The notes below the pieces were generated by a model that was not told where the DNA came from, ran no database searches, and was given only the letters and a program-made list of their open reading frames with translations. A DNA stretch of 64,000 nucleotides from an uncultured Candidatus Binatia bacterium (GTDB taxonomy: Bacteria > Desulfobacterota > Binatia > UBA9968 > JAJDTQ01). The position numbers and the translations under genes are program-made. Shown one piece after another: positions 9,642 through 18,785 of this stretch (within the stretch, counting starts at the first letter, position 1; each line of letters starts with the position of its first letter). The stretch lies in the NCBI GenBank assembly GCA_965213675.1, contig OZ243916.1:2144001-2208000 (forward strand), read 5' to 3'.

Positions 9642-12299
9642 GTGGAGCATTTCTTCCTCGCACTTCTGGTGCTGGTCATGGCCGCGGCCCTGGCCTCCGG
9701 TTTTCCGGTGGCCTTCTCGCTGCCCGGCTCGGCCATCCTGACCATCGGGCTGGCCGCGGTCGCCGGCTACATCTTCACCGGCGACACCCACTCCTTCTTC
9801 GCCCAGGACGGACCGATCCAGTGGCTCACCGCCGGCGTCACCAATTTCCGCGGTGTCTACTGGGAGGTCGAACGCGACACCATCATCGCGGTGCCGCTGT
9901 TCGTGTTCATGGGCATCATGCTCCAGCGCTCCAAGATCGCCGAGGACCTGCTGGTGACCATGGCGCGCCTGTTCGGGCCGATCCCGGGCGGCCTCGGCAT
10001 CTCGGTGGTGCTGGTGGGAGCGCTGCTCGCCGCCACCACCGGCATTCTCGGGGCTACCGTCGTGGCCATGGGGCTGATCTCGCTGCCCGCCATGCTGCGC
10101 AACGGCTACTCGCGACAACTCGCCACCGGCACCATCTCCGCGGCGGGCACCCTGGGGCAGATCATCCCGCCCTCCGTCGTGCTCATCATCCTGGCCGACC
10201 AACTCTCCAACGCCACCGACCAGGCGAGCACGCTGCGGCTGGTGGACTACAAGGCCGCCACCGGCAACTTCGTCATGCCCACGGAGTTCGACATCACCTC
10301 GGCCAGCGCGGGCGACATGTTCCTGGGCGCCATCGTCCCCGGACTGGTGCTGGTGAGCCTGTACGTCATGTACATTCTCGCGGTGGCGCTCATACGGCCG
10401 GGCATGGCTCCCGCCATCCCCTTGGAGGGGCGTTTCGACCGCGATTTCGCCGTCCGCGTGGTGCTGGCGCTGGTGCCGCCCCTGGCGCTGATCCTGGCCG
10501 TTCTCGGGTCCATCATCGCCGGCATCGCTACGGTCAACCAGGCCGGCGCCATCGGCGCGGTGGGCGCCACCATCATGGCAGGCTACCGCCTGACCGAAGG
10601 ACAGCGTGGATCCTACACGCCGGCAATCATCGCGGGCGCCTCCCTCATCGCCTTGTCCATCCTGCTGGCCACCGTGGACCTGAACGTCCGCACCATCCAC
10701 AGCGTGTCCGAGGCCGTGGGCGTGGCGGCCGCGGCCATCGCGGTGGCCGGACTGTTAGTCTCCGTGGCCTGGAGCGGCTGGCGCGCCTACCGCACGGAGA
10801 ACATGCTCGCCGGCGTCATGGTGGAGACCGCCAAGACCACCGCCATGGTCTTCATCATCCTGCTGGGCGCGGCGATGCTCACGGCGGCCTTCCGGGGCTT
10901 TGGCGGCGAGGAGCTGGTGAAGGAGTTCCTGACCACCCTGCCCGGGGGTTTCTGGACCCAGTTCATCGTGGTCATGGCGGTGATATTCATCCTCGGCTTC
11001 TTCCTCGACTTCATCGAGATCGCGGTGGTGGTGGTGCCCATCGTGGCGCCGATCCTGCTGTCGGACCCCTCCGCCAACATCACCGCGGTGTGGCTCGGCG
11101 TCATGATCGGCGTCAACATGCAGACATCCTTCCTGACGCCGCCGTTCGGCTTCGCCCTGTTCTACCTGCGCGGCGTCGCCCCGCCCTCGGTGTTGACCAC
11201 GGACATCTACCGGGGAGTGGTGGCGTTCATTGCGCTGCAACTCGTCGCCCTGGGCATCGTCGGGTTCTATCCTCCCCTGGTGAACTACCTGCCAGCGCGC
11301 ACCTCGCTCACCGGCGAGACCGCGCCGCCGCCCCGGAACCCACGCCTCCAGCGCTGCCTGGAACAGCATCTCTTCGAGATCTACGACCGCGACGGCGAAG
11401 CCATACGTGCGAGCATCCGGACCGCGCAGGGCCTCGACACGAGCTATCTGCCGGACAGGATGCGCCGAAGCCTGGCAACCGGCATGGAAAAGGCGGCTCG
11501 GACCTTCGACCTGGTTGCGGAAGTGCGCCGCACCGACGCGGAACGAAGCGCCTTCGGCGAGACCTACAAGTCCACCCATGCCGTGGTCCGGCGCATCAAC
11601 GCGGACGAACGGCGCATCGACCGCGAGGTCCGCGAGATCCGCACCACCATCCGGCGGCTGGGACGCGATGCCGACGCCGAGGTGGTGGCGGCGTTGCGCC
11701 ATGAGGTCGAGGAGTTGACGAGGCGGAGGGCCGAACTGGAGGCGGCGCGCCCCGAGGGCGAGAAGGAGCTGCGCAAGCGTTACCTGGCGCTCGAGAAGAA
11801 GGAGAGCACCGCCCGGCGCAACTACCGGCGCAATGTCGACGACGCCGCTTCCTCCGTGCTCACGGTGCGCGAGATGCTGGCCAAGGTGCCGGAGCTGGAA
11901 TCCGCGGGCGCGAGCCTCAAGGCACTGCCGGAGATAGTGAACACGCAACCCGCCCAACAGGCGGGTTCAGCGATCCGTGACGCCGAGCGCTCGCTGCGAA
12001 CGGTTCCCGGAACCCACGACTTGCGGGACACCCTCTCAAAGGCGCGTTCCGACCTGAGGCGGGACGGGTCCGGCCGCCAGCGCGCCGAGAAGCGGCTGGG
12101 CGAGGCGTTGGCCCGGTTGGAGCGCGAAATCGAATGGCGCACGCGCGCCGCCCGAAACCTCGACCCTGGGCTGGCCGATTACGAGCGCGCCCTGCGCGAC
12201 ACCATCGGAATCCGCCAGCTCGAGCGGCTGCCGACGCACGTCGCCAAGGAAGTAGCGTCCTGCCTGTCGCACCACCGCGACATCTCGTTGAGCTTCTAG
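9642..12299 (+). CDS. dctM: TRAP large permease with a long C-terminal helical extension
   Basis: GTG start at 9642; AVPLFVFMG, GTLGQIIPPS, QTSFLTPPFGFALFYLRG; about 330 aa charged helical tail. Confidence 0.9.
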   Translation: MEHFFLALLVLVMAAALASGFPVAFSLPGSAILTIGLAAVAGYIFTGDTHSFFAQDGPIQWLTAGVTNFRGVYWEVERDTIIAVPLFVFMGIMLQRSKIAEDLLVTMARLFGPIPGGLGISVVLVGALLAATTGILGATVVAMGLISLPAMLRNGYSRQLATGTISAAGTLGQIIPPSVVLIILADQLSNATDQASTLRLVDYKAATGNFVMPTEFDITSASAGDMFLGAIVPGLVLVSLYVMYILAVALIRPGMAPAIPLEGRFDRDFAVRVVLALVPPLALILAVLGSIIAGIATVNQAGAIGAVGATIMAGYRLTEGQRGSYTPAIIAGASLIALSILLATVDLNVRTIHSVSEAVGVAAAAIAVAGLLVSVAWSGWRAYRTENMLAGVMVETAKTTAMVFIILLGAAMLTAAFRGFGGEELVKEFLTTLPGGFWTQFIVVMAVIFILGFFLDFIEIAVVVVPIVAPILLSDPSANITAVWLGVMIGVNMQTSFLTPPFGFALFYLRGVAPPSVLTTDIYRGVVAFIALQLVALGIVGFYPPLVNYLPARTSLTGETAPPPRNPRLQRCLEQHLFEIYDRDGEAIRASIRTAQGLDTSYLPDRMRRSLATGMEKAARTFDLVAEVRRTDAERSAFGETYKSTHAVVRRINADERRIDREVREIRTTIRRLGRDADAEVVAALRHEVEELTRRRAELEAARPEGEKELRKRYLALEKKESTARRNYRRNVDDAASSVLTVREMLAKVPELESAGASLKALPEIVNTQPAQQAGSAIRDAERSLRTVPGTHDLRDTLSKARSDLRRDGSGRQRAEKRLGEALARLEREIEWRTRAARNLDPGLADYERALRDTIGIRQLERLPTHVAKEVASCLSHHRDISLSF

Positions 12300-12349
12300 A
12301 CCAATTTCCCGGCGTGTTGGATGGACACGACAATGGCAATGAAGCCCCC

Positions 12350-12707
12350 AACCCATCATTTCCGCCTCTCCGCCATTCCAGCACTACCTTCGGTCTTCCC
12401 CGCGGACCTATCCACCATTCCCGCACTACTTTCCGTCTTCCCCGCAGACCCTTCCGTCATTCCCGCGAAAGCGGGAATCCAGGGGTGGGGCGGAGGGGCG
12501 CTACAGCGGTCTTTCCCCACCGCACCCCTCCTGGATTCCCGCTTTCGCGGGAATGACGGAAGAAGGGGCGGGAATGACGGAAGGGTCTGCGGGAGTGACG
12601 GAAGGGTCTGCGGGGATGACGGAAGGAGGGGTGGGAATGACGGAAGGCAAGTCGGGAATGACGGAAGGAAAAGCGGAACTGACGGAAGGGGACGGAAATG
12701 ACCGAGG
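12350..12707. repeat. REP-like hairpin (12451-12562) flanked by mirror-image 21-bp tandem arrays
   Basis: Core CGTCATTCCCGCGAAAGCGGGAATCCA...TGGATTCCCGCTTTCGCGGGAATGACG; right units start at 12547, 12568, 12589, 12610, 12631, 12652, 12673, 12692; left inverted units start at 12367, 12388, 12409, 12430, 12451. Confidence 0.92.
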
Positions 12708-15700
12708 AAAATCGCTTCCTCTCGGCCTGCATCGCGCTGGACCTGGAGGTCGGCAAACGCGATGAGGTCATTCGCGCCTTCGGCGCGGTTCGGCTGGACA
12801 CCGGCGAACGGTGTGTCCACTCAGGCGACGGCCTGGACGCGGCGCTGGACAGACTCGACGACTTCGCTGGCGGGGCGTCCTTCATCCTCGGACACAACCT
12901 GATCGCCTTCGACCTGCCACACCTCCGGGCCGCGAAGCCCGACCTGGGGCTCCTTCGGTTGCCCGCGCTGGATACGTTGCGCCTCAACCCCCTCGCATTC
13001 CCGCGCAACCCCTATCACCATCTCGTCAAGCACTACCAGGACGGCGGGCTGCGACGCCGGCAGTTGAACGATCCGGAACTCGACGCCCGTCTGGCCATGG
13101 AGGTGTTCGGCGACCAGCGCCGGGCGCTCCGGGAGGCGGACGCCGATCTCCTGACGGCGTGGCACTGGCTCGTCACTCCGGACGCGGAGGGCCAGGACCG
13201 GGCACTGGACGTACTGTTCGAGGACATCCGAGGCGGCGTGCCCCGTCCATCGGACGCGGAAGCACGCGAGGCCATCCGAGGGCGGCTGGAAGGCGCGGGA
13301 TGCGCGGTCCAGGCCACCGAAATCGTGGCGGCCCAGTCCATGACAGCAGTTCACGCCGCGGCGGCGGCCCAGTCCATGGTAGCGGACCATGCCGGCGCAC
13401 CCGTTCAAGACCCCAAGCCGGCAGCAACGGCCGTCTCCCGCTGGTCTCTGGCCTACGCCCTGGCGTGGCTGTCCGTCGCGGGCGGGAACTCGGTCATGCC
13501 TCCCTGGGTGCGCCATCAGTTCCCGGAGGCGGGGCGGCTGGTACGACTTCTGCGGGACACGGCCTGCGCGGACTCCGCGTGCGGCTGGTGCCGGGAGCGC
13601 CACGACCCGCGCAAGGAGCTCAAACGCTGGTTCGGCTTCGACGACTTCCGCCCCGAGCCCGTGGACGATGAGGGGTGGCCCATGCAGCGCACCATCGTCA
13701 AGGCCGCCATGGAGGGCCGGCACCTGCTCGGCATCCTGCCCACAGGCACGGGCAAGTCGCTGTGCTACCAGATCCCGGCGCTGTCTCGTTACTACAAGAC
13801 CGGCGCGCTCACGGTGGTGATTTCGCCGCTGGTGGCGCTCATGGCGGACCAGGTGGCTGGCATGGAGGCCCGCGGCATCGACTGCTGCGTAGCGGTGACC
13901 GGGCTCTTGTCCATGCCTGAGCGCGCCAACGCGCTGGACCGGGTGCGGCTGGGGGATGCGGGGATTCTGCTGATCTCGCCCGAGCAACTGCGCGCGCCGT
14001 CGCTGCGCCGCGCCCTGGCCCAGCGGGAGGTCGGCGCCTGGGTACTGGACGAGGCCCACTGTCTCTCGCGCTGGGGCCACGACTTCCGTCCCGACTATAT
14101 CTACGTGGGCCGATTCATCCGGGAGAAGTGTGCGGGCGGCCCGGTGCCGCCGGTACTGGGTCTCACCGCCACCGCCAAGCCGGACGTGGTGAACGACATC
14201 ACCCACCACTTCCGGGACCGCCTCGGTATCGAACTGGCTCTCGTCAACGGTGGCGTGCAGCGCTCGAACCTCACCTTCGAGGTCATGCCCACCGCGAGCG
14301 CCGAAAAATTCGCGGACATCCATGAGGTGCTGACGCAGCATCTGCCGCCGGACGCTCCCGGCGGGGCCATCGTCTACTGCGCCACGCGGCAACAGAGCGA
14401 AGACGTGGCGGAGTTCCTGCAACTCAAGGGCGTCAGCGGGGATCGCTTCCACGCCGGCCTCCCGCCAGAGACCCGGAAGGACGTGCAACGGCGCTTCATC
14501 GACGGCGAGTTGCGCGCCATCGTCGCCACCAACGCTTTCGGCATGGGCATCGACAAGCCCGATGTCCGGTTGGTGATCCACGCCGACATCCCGGGCTCGC
14601 TGGAGAACTACCTCCAGGAGGCGGGCCGTGCCGGCCGCGACCGGGCCGAGGCCCGTTGTGTGCTGCTGTACGCGCCCGAGGATGTGGAGCGGCAGTTCGG
14701 GATGTCCGCGCGTTCGCGCCTGACACGGCCGGAGATCCACGGCATCCTGCGAGCGCTGCACAAACTGGACCGCCGGAAACGCCTTGGCGGCGAAGTGGTG
14801 GCCACGGCGGGTGAAATCCTCGGCGAGGACGAGGAGCAACTGTTCGAGCGCGACTCCGTCACCGATGACACCCGCGTACGCATCGCGGTGGCCTGGTTGG
14901 AAGAGGCCCGGTTGCTGACGCGGGAGGAGAACCGGGTGCAGGTGTTTCCGTCTTCGCTGCGGGTGCGCTCGGCCGCGGAAATTCGCGAACGCCTCCGCGA
15001 CGCGCACATCACCAACGACTATCGCGGGCGATTGGAACGTATGGCGGCAGCGCTGATCGACGCCAGACCCGACGAGGGGATCAGCACGGACGAGATGATG
15101 GAGGTTTCGGGGCTCAGCGCCGAGGGCGTGCGCAACGCGCTCTACGACCTGGAGAGGCTGGGAATCGCCAGCAATGACACGGCCCTGACTGCGTTCGTCC
15201 ACAAGGGCGTGGAGCGCTCGTCCGACAAGCGCCTCACGGCCAGCGCCGATCTGGAGGTGGCGCTCATCCGGCACATGCGCGAATCCGCGCCCGACATGGG
15301 AAGGAGCGACACCTCGTCGCTGCACTTGCGGATGGCAGCGCAGGTGCTTCGGGACGAAGGGTTGACCGATCCCTTGCCGGAGCGCTTGTGGCGCATCATA
15401 CGCGGCATTGGACGCGACGGGCGGGGCGAGGACGGAGCAGCCGGCAGCCTGACGGCGCGCAAGCTCGACGCGGAGACCGGGCGCGTGACGCTCCATCGTA
15501 GTTGGGATGCCTTGGAAGAGACCGCGCGAATCCGCCGCGCGGCCGCCCGCCTTCTGTTGGAGCACCTTCTGGCGTGTCTGCCGCCATCGGTCCGAGGTGT
15601 CGATCTGCTGGCGGAAACGACGCTGGGCAAGCTCACTCAGGCCATGCATGCCGACCTGGAGATCAAGAGCCGGATCCGGTTTCCCGCCAAGCTGCTGGAC

Positions 15701-17935
15701 CGCGCGCTACTCTGGCTGCACGAGATGGAAGTCATCCGTCTCAACAAGGGGCTGACGGTCTTTCGTCCGGCCATGACGCTTCGCCTGCAGCAGGAGCGGC
15801 GCGGTTTCACCAACGCCGACTTCGCGCCCCTCGCCCTGCACTACAAGGGCAAGACTCTTCAGATCCACGTCATGGTGGAATTCGCCGAGCGCGGCCTGAA
15901 GGCCGTGACCGAGGCCACCCGCATGGCCATGGACTACTTCGCCCTCAAGCAGGAAGACTTTCTGGGCCGCTGGTTGCCTGACCGCAACCGCGAGATCAGC
16001 CGGCAGACCACACCCGCGTCGTGGCAGGCCATCGTCGAGAATCTCAATCATCCGATCCAGCAGCGCATCGTCGCCGACGACCGCGAGCAGACCAACGTGC
16101 TGGTGCTCGCGGGGCCGGGTTCGGGCAAGACCCGCGTGCTGGTGCACCGCATCGCCTACCTCATACGCGCGCGGCGGGAGAACGCCCGCGGCATCCTGGC
16201 GCTGGCCTACAACCGGCATGCCGCGGTGGACATTCGCCGCCGGCTCGGGGAGTTGATCGGCGACGACGCGCGCGGCGTCACCGTGCTCACCTGCCACGCC
16301 CTGGCCATGCGCCTGGCGGGCGCCAGCTTCACGCGACGGGCGGAGCGTCTCCATGACGGCGTGTTCGATGAAATCCTGCGCCGAGCCGTGGCTTTGTTGC
16401 GCGGCGAAGGGCTTCCGCCGGACGACGCCGACGAGCAGCGCGCGCGCCTGCTGGCTGGGTTTCGCTGGATCCTGGTGGACGAATACCAGGATATCGCCGC
16501 GGATCAGTATGACCTGATCTCGGCCCTGGCGGGGCGCACCCTTGACGACGACTCCGGCAAGCTCACTCTGTTCGCGGTGGGAGACGACGACCAGAACATC
16601 TACGCATTCAACGGCGCTTCGGTGGAGTTCATCCGTCGTTTCGAGGAGGACTACAAGGCGAAGCCCATCCACTTGGTGGAAAACTACCGTTCCACCGCCC
16701 ACATCATCCACTGCGCCAACGCCGTGATCCGCCCCTCCGGGCAGCGGATGAAAGCCGAGCACCCCATTCGCGTCAACGCGGCGCGCGCGCAGGACCCGCC
16801 CGGCGGGACCTGGCAGGACCTGGACCCCGTGGGGCAGGGACGCGTACAGATCCTGCCGGTCCCACCTGCTGCGGACCCGCGGGATCCCGTGGCCCAGGCG
16901 CAGGTGGTCATGGCCGAGTTGCAACGGCTCGCGGCCCTGGCGCCGGGCTGGGACTGGGCACGGTGCGCCGTGATCGCGCGCGAGTGGAGCTACCTCGCGC
17001 CGGTGCGCGCCTACTGTGAGCACCACGACATTCCCGTGCAGATGGGCAATGAAGAGATACCCACGTTCTGGCTCCTGCGCGAAACCCGCCGCTTCGTCCA
17101 ATGGCTGCGCGGACGGGAAGCAGGGCTCGTGCACGGCGACGATCTGGTTGGTTGGGTGGAAGCGCAACGGTCCACGGAACCCGACAACCGCTGGCACGAA
17201 CTGCTGCGTCAGGCCATCGACGAGCACGCGCTGGAGACCGGCGGCGGCGAGTCCACCATCGATCACCTCATCGAGTGGTTGGCTGAGTGGGGCCGGGAAA
17301 TTCGCCGCCGGCAACGCGGCCTGCTCCTCGTCACGGCCCATCGGGCCAAGGGGCTTGAGTTCGATCACGTGATCGTACTCGACGGCGGCTGGGAGCGCGT
17401 CGGACCCGACGAGGATCCCGACGCGCCGAGACGATTGTACTACGTGGCCATGACGCGGGCGCGCGCGACCCTCGCGCTGGCGCGCTTTGCGGGGGATCAC
17501 CCGTTTCAGGATGTATTGCTCCAACAAAGTTCCGTGCTGCGCCGCGAACCCACCATGCTGCCGCCCGGCCCTGGGGCGCTTCGACACCGCCACATCCAGC
17601 CCAGTCTCCGCGACGTGGACCTGGGTTTTGCCGGCCGCCGTGGCGCACAGGATCGGGTGCACCGCGCCATCGCCGCGCTGTCGCCCGGGGACGCCCTCGG
17701 AACACGCGTGGCGGACACACGCCGCTGGGAACTGTTGGACGGCAAGGGTGCGGTGGTGGGGCGCCTTGCCGCAAGCTTCAAGCCGCCTTCCGGCATGCGC
17801 TGCCGGTCCGCCGCCGTACTCGCCGTCATCGAGTGGAACCGCGAGATTACCGACCCGAAGTACCGCGACGCCGCCCGGTGCGATTCCTGGGAAGTGGTGG
17901 TGCCGGAGTTGGTTTTCGAGCCAGGTGAAGCCTGA
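12698..17935 (+). CDS. Fusion of DEDD-like exonuclease, RecQ (SF2) helicase and UvrD (SF1) helicase
   Basis: N-terminal ALDLE / GHNLIAFD / ALDTL; RecQ PTGTGKS, DEAHCLSRWGHDFRP, AFGMGIDKPDVR, QEAGRAGRD; UvrD AGPGSGKT, VDEYQD, VGDDDQNIY, ENYRS, TAHRAKGLEFD, RLYYVAMTRA. Confidence 0.9.
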   Translation: MTEENRFLSACIALDLEVGKRDEVIRAFGAVRLDTGERCVHSGDGLDAALDRLDDFAGGASFILGHNLIAFDLPHLRAAKPDLGLLRLPALDTLRLNPLAFPRNPYHHLVKHYQDGGLRRRQLNDPELDARLAMEVFGDQRRALREADADLLTAWHWLVTPDAEGQDRALDVLFEDIRGGVPRPSDAEAREAIRGRLEGAGCAVQATEIVAAQSMTAVHAAAAAQSMVADHAGAPVQDPKPAATAVSRWSLAYALAWLSVAGGNSVMPPWVRHQFPEAGRLVRLLRDTACADSACGWCRERHDPRKELKRWFGFDDFRPEPVDDEGWPMQRTIVKAAMEGRHLLGILPTGTGKSLCYQIPALSRYYKTGALTVVISPLVALMADQVAGMEARGIDCCVAVTGLLSMPERANALDRVRLGDAGILLISPEQLRAPSLRRALAQREVGAWVLDEAHCLSRWGHDFRPDYIYVGRFIREKCAGGPVPPVLGLTATAKPDVVNDITHHFRDRLGIELALVNGGVQRSNLTFEVMPTASAEKFADIHEVLTQHLPPDAPGGAIVYCATRQQSEDVAEFLQLKGVSGDRFHAGLPPETRKDVQRRFIDGELRAIVATNAFGMGIDKPDVRLVIHADIPGSLENYLQEAGRAGRDRAEARCVLLYAPEDVERQFGMSARSRLTRPEIHGILRALHKLDRRKRLGGEVVATAGEILGEDEEQLFERDSVTDDTRVRIAVAWLEEARLLTREENRVQVFPSSLRVRSAAEIRERLRDAHITNDYRGRLERMAAALIDARPDEGISTDEMMEVSGLSAEGVRNALYDLERLGIASNDTALTAFVHKGVERSSDKRLTASADLEVALIRHMRESAPDMGRSDTSSLHLRMAAQVLRDEGLTDPLPERLWRIIRGIGRDGRGEDGAAGSLTARKLDAETGRVTLHRSWDALEETARIRRAAARLLLEHLLACLPPSVRGVDLLAETTLGKLTQAMHADLEIKSRIRFPAKLLDRALLWLHEMEVIRLNKGLTVFRPAMTLRLQQERRGFTNADFAPLALHYKGKTLQIHVMVEFAERGLKAVTEATRMAMDYFALKQEDFLGRWLPDRNREISRQTTPASWQAIVENLNHPIQQRIVADDREQTNVLVLAGPGSGKTRVLVHRIAYLIRARRENARGILALAYNRHAAVDIRRRLGELIGDDARGVTVLTCHALAMRLAGASFTRRAERLHDGVFDEILRRAVALLRGEGLPPDDADEQRARLLAGFRWILVDEYQDIAADQYDLISALAGRTLDDDSGKLTLFAVGDDDQNIYAFNGASVEFIRRFEEDYKAKPIHLVENYRSTAHIIHCANAVIRPSGQRMKAEHPIRVNAARAQDPPGGTWQDLDPVGQGRVQILPVPPAADPRDPVAQAQVVMAELQRLAALAPGWDWARCAVIAREWSYLAPVRAYCEHHDIPVQMGNEEIPTFWLLRETRRFVQWLRGREAGLVHGDDLVGWVEAQRSTEPDNRWHELLRQAIDEHALETGGGESTIDHLIEWLAEWGREIRRRQRGLLLVTAHRAKGLEFDHVIVLDGGWERVGPDEDPDAPRRLYYVAMTRARATLALARFAGDHPFQDVLLQQSSVLRREPTMLPPGPGALRHRHIQPSLRDVDLGFAGRRGAQDRVHRAIAALSPGDALGTRVADTRRWELLDGKGAVVGRLAASFKPPSGMRCRSAAVLAVIEWNREITDPKYRDAARCDSWEVVVPELVFEPGEA

Positions 17936-17980
17936 ACGATGCCCCAGGCGATTGCGGGCCATCGCACGACCTGATATGTA

Positions 17981-18004
17981 TACCCGTATTATATCATATG
18001 GGTA
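17981..18004. promoter_or_regulatory. Candidate antitoxin operator
   Basis: TACCCGTAT-tatatc-ATATGGGTA imperfect palindrome in an AT-rich patch upstream of vapB. Confidence 0.5.
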
Positions 18005-18097
18005 GCCATATTCCAGCGGCCATATTCCAGCGGCCATATTCCGGTTGGCATATTCAGGGCGTCATTTTCAGGGCGGCCCATATTCGAGGCGACCATC
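18005..18097 (+). repeat. Degenerate 14-bp tandem array (GCCATATTCCAGCG), about 6 units
   Basis: gccatattccagcg, gccatattccagcg, gccatattccggtt, ggcatattcagggc, gtcattttcagggc, ggcccatattcgaggc, then gaccatc and ATG. Confidence 0.85.
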
Positions 18098-18343
18098 ATG
18101 AAGACGACCATCGAGATTTCCGACGAGCTCGCCGACACGGCGAAGGCCTATGCGGCCCGCAATCACATGACGTTGAGGTCACTGGTGGAACGCGGTTTGC
18201 GTGAGGTCATGCGCCAGGACCAGCAACGACCCGGCTTCAAGTTGAAGGATGCGAGCGTTGGCGGCCAAGGGTTGCGGACCGAGTATCGTGACGCGGATTG
18301 GTCGCGCATACGGGAGGAAGCGTACAAGGAACGGGGAAGTTGA
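18098..18343 (+). CDS. vapB: VapB-type antitoxin (RHH)
   Basis: MKTTIEISDEL...TLRSLVERGLR; overlaps the PIN gene start. Confidence 0.85.
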   Translation: MKTTIEISDELADTAKAYAARNHMTLRSLVERGLREVMRQDQQRPGFKLKDASVGGQGLRTEYRDADWSRIREEAYKERGS

Positions 18344-18774
18344 TTGCCACTGATACGAACATTCTCGTCTACGCGCATCGGATGGATTCGGAGTGGCATG
18401 AGAGGGCCAGATCCTGCATCGAACGTCTGGCGGAAGGACGCGTCACGTGGGGCATACCCTGGCCAGCGGTTCACGAGTTCCTGGCCATTGCCACCCACCC
18501 AAGGATCTACGATCCACCATCGACAATGGCAGACGCCGTGAAACAGGTCGAGGCGTGGCTCGAAGCGCCCGTCGCCGTGTTGTTGCACGAAGGCGTCGGG
18601 TACTGGGACGAACTCCAGCGGCAACTCTTCGCCTCTCAGGCGCGCGGCCCGTTGGTCCACGACGCCAGGATCGCCGCCCTCTGTATCGACCACGGTGTCA
18701 CGGAATTGTGGACGGTCGACCGCGACTTCAGCCGCTTCCCCGCACTTCCGATCCGCAACCCGTTGATGACCTGA
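18340..18774 (+). CDS. vapC: VapC PIN-domain toxin
   Basis: TTG start; IATDTNILVYAH, HEFL, HDARIAA, TVDRDF. Confidence 0.9.
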   Translation: MIATDTNILVYAHRMDSEWHERARSCIERLAEGRVTWGIPWPAVHEFLAIATHPRIYDPPSTMADAVKQVEAWLEAPVAVLLHEGVGYWDELQRQLFASQARGPLVHDARIAALCIDHGVTELWTVDRDFSRFPALPIRNPLMT

Positions 18775-18785
18775 CCAGGCACGCC

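Noticed and set aside
12350-12707. CRISPR array
   Set aside because: Period is only 21 bp with ~5-bp variable parts, the arrays are inverted around a REP hairpin, and no cas genes are present
12321-12820. Repeat-encoded ORFs (MTEG.. heptads, PSFP.. repeats) as real proteins
   Set aside because: They are by-products of a 21-bp repeat lacking stops in several frames; no independent coding evidence
12821-18037. Long antisense ORFs (942 aa and 776 aa; likewise 20903-23707, 27416-29626, 48183-50093, 56550-58841)
   Set aside because: Shadow frames opposite well-supported genes in high-GC DNA, with no recognisable motifs
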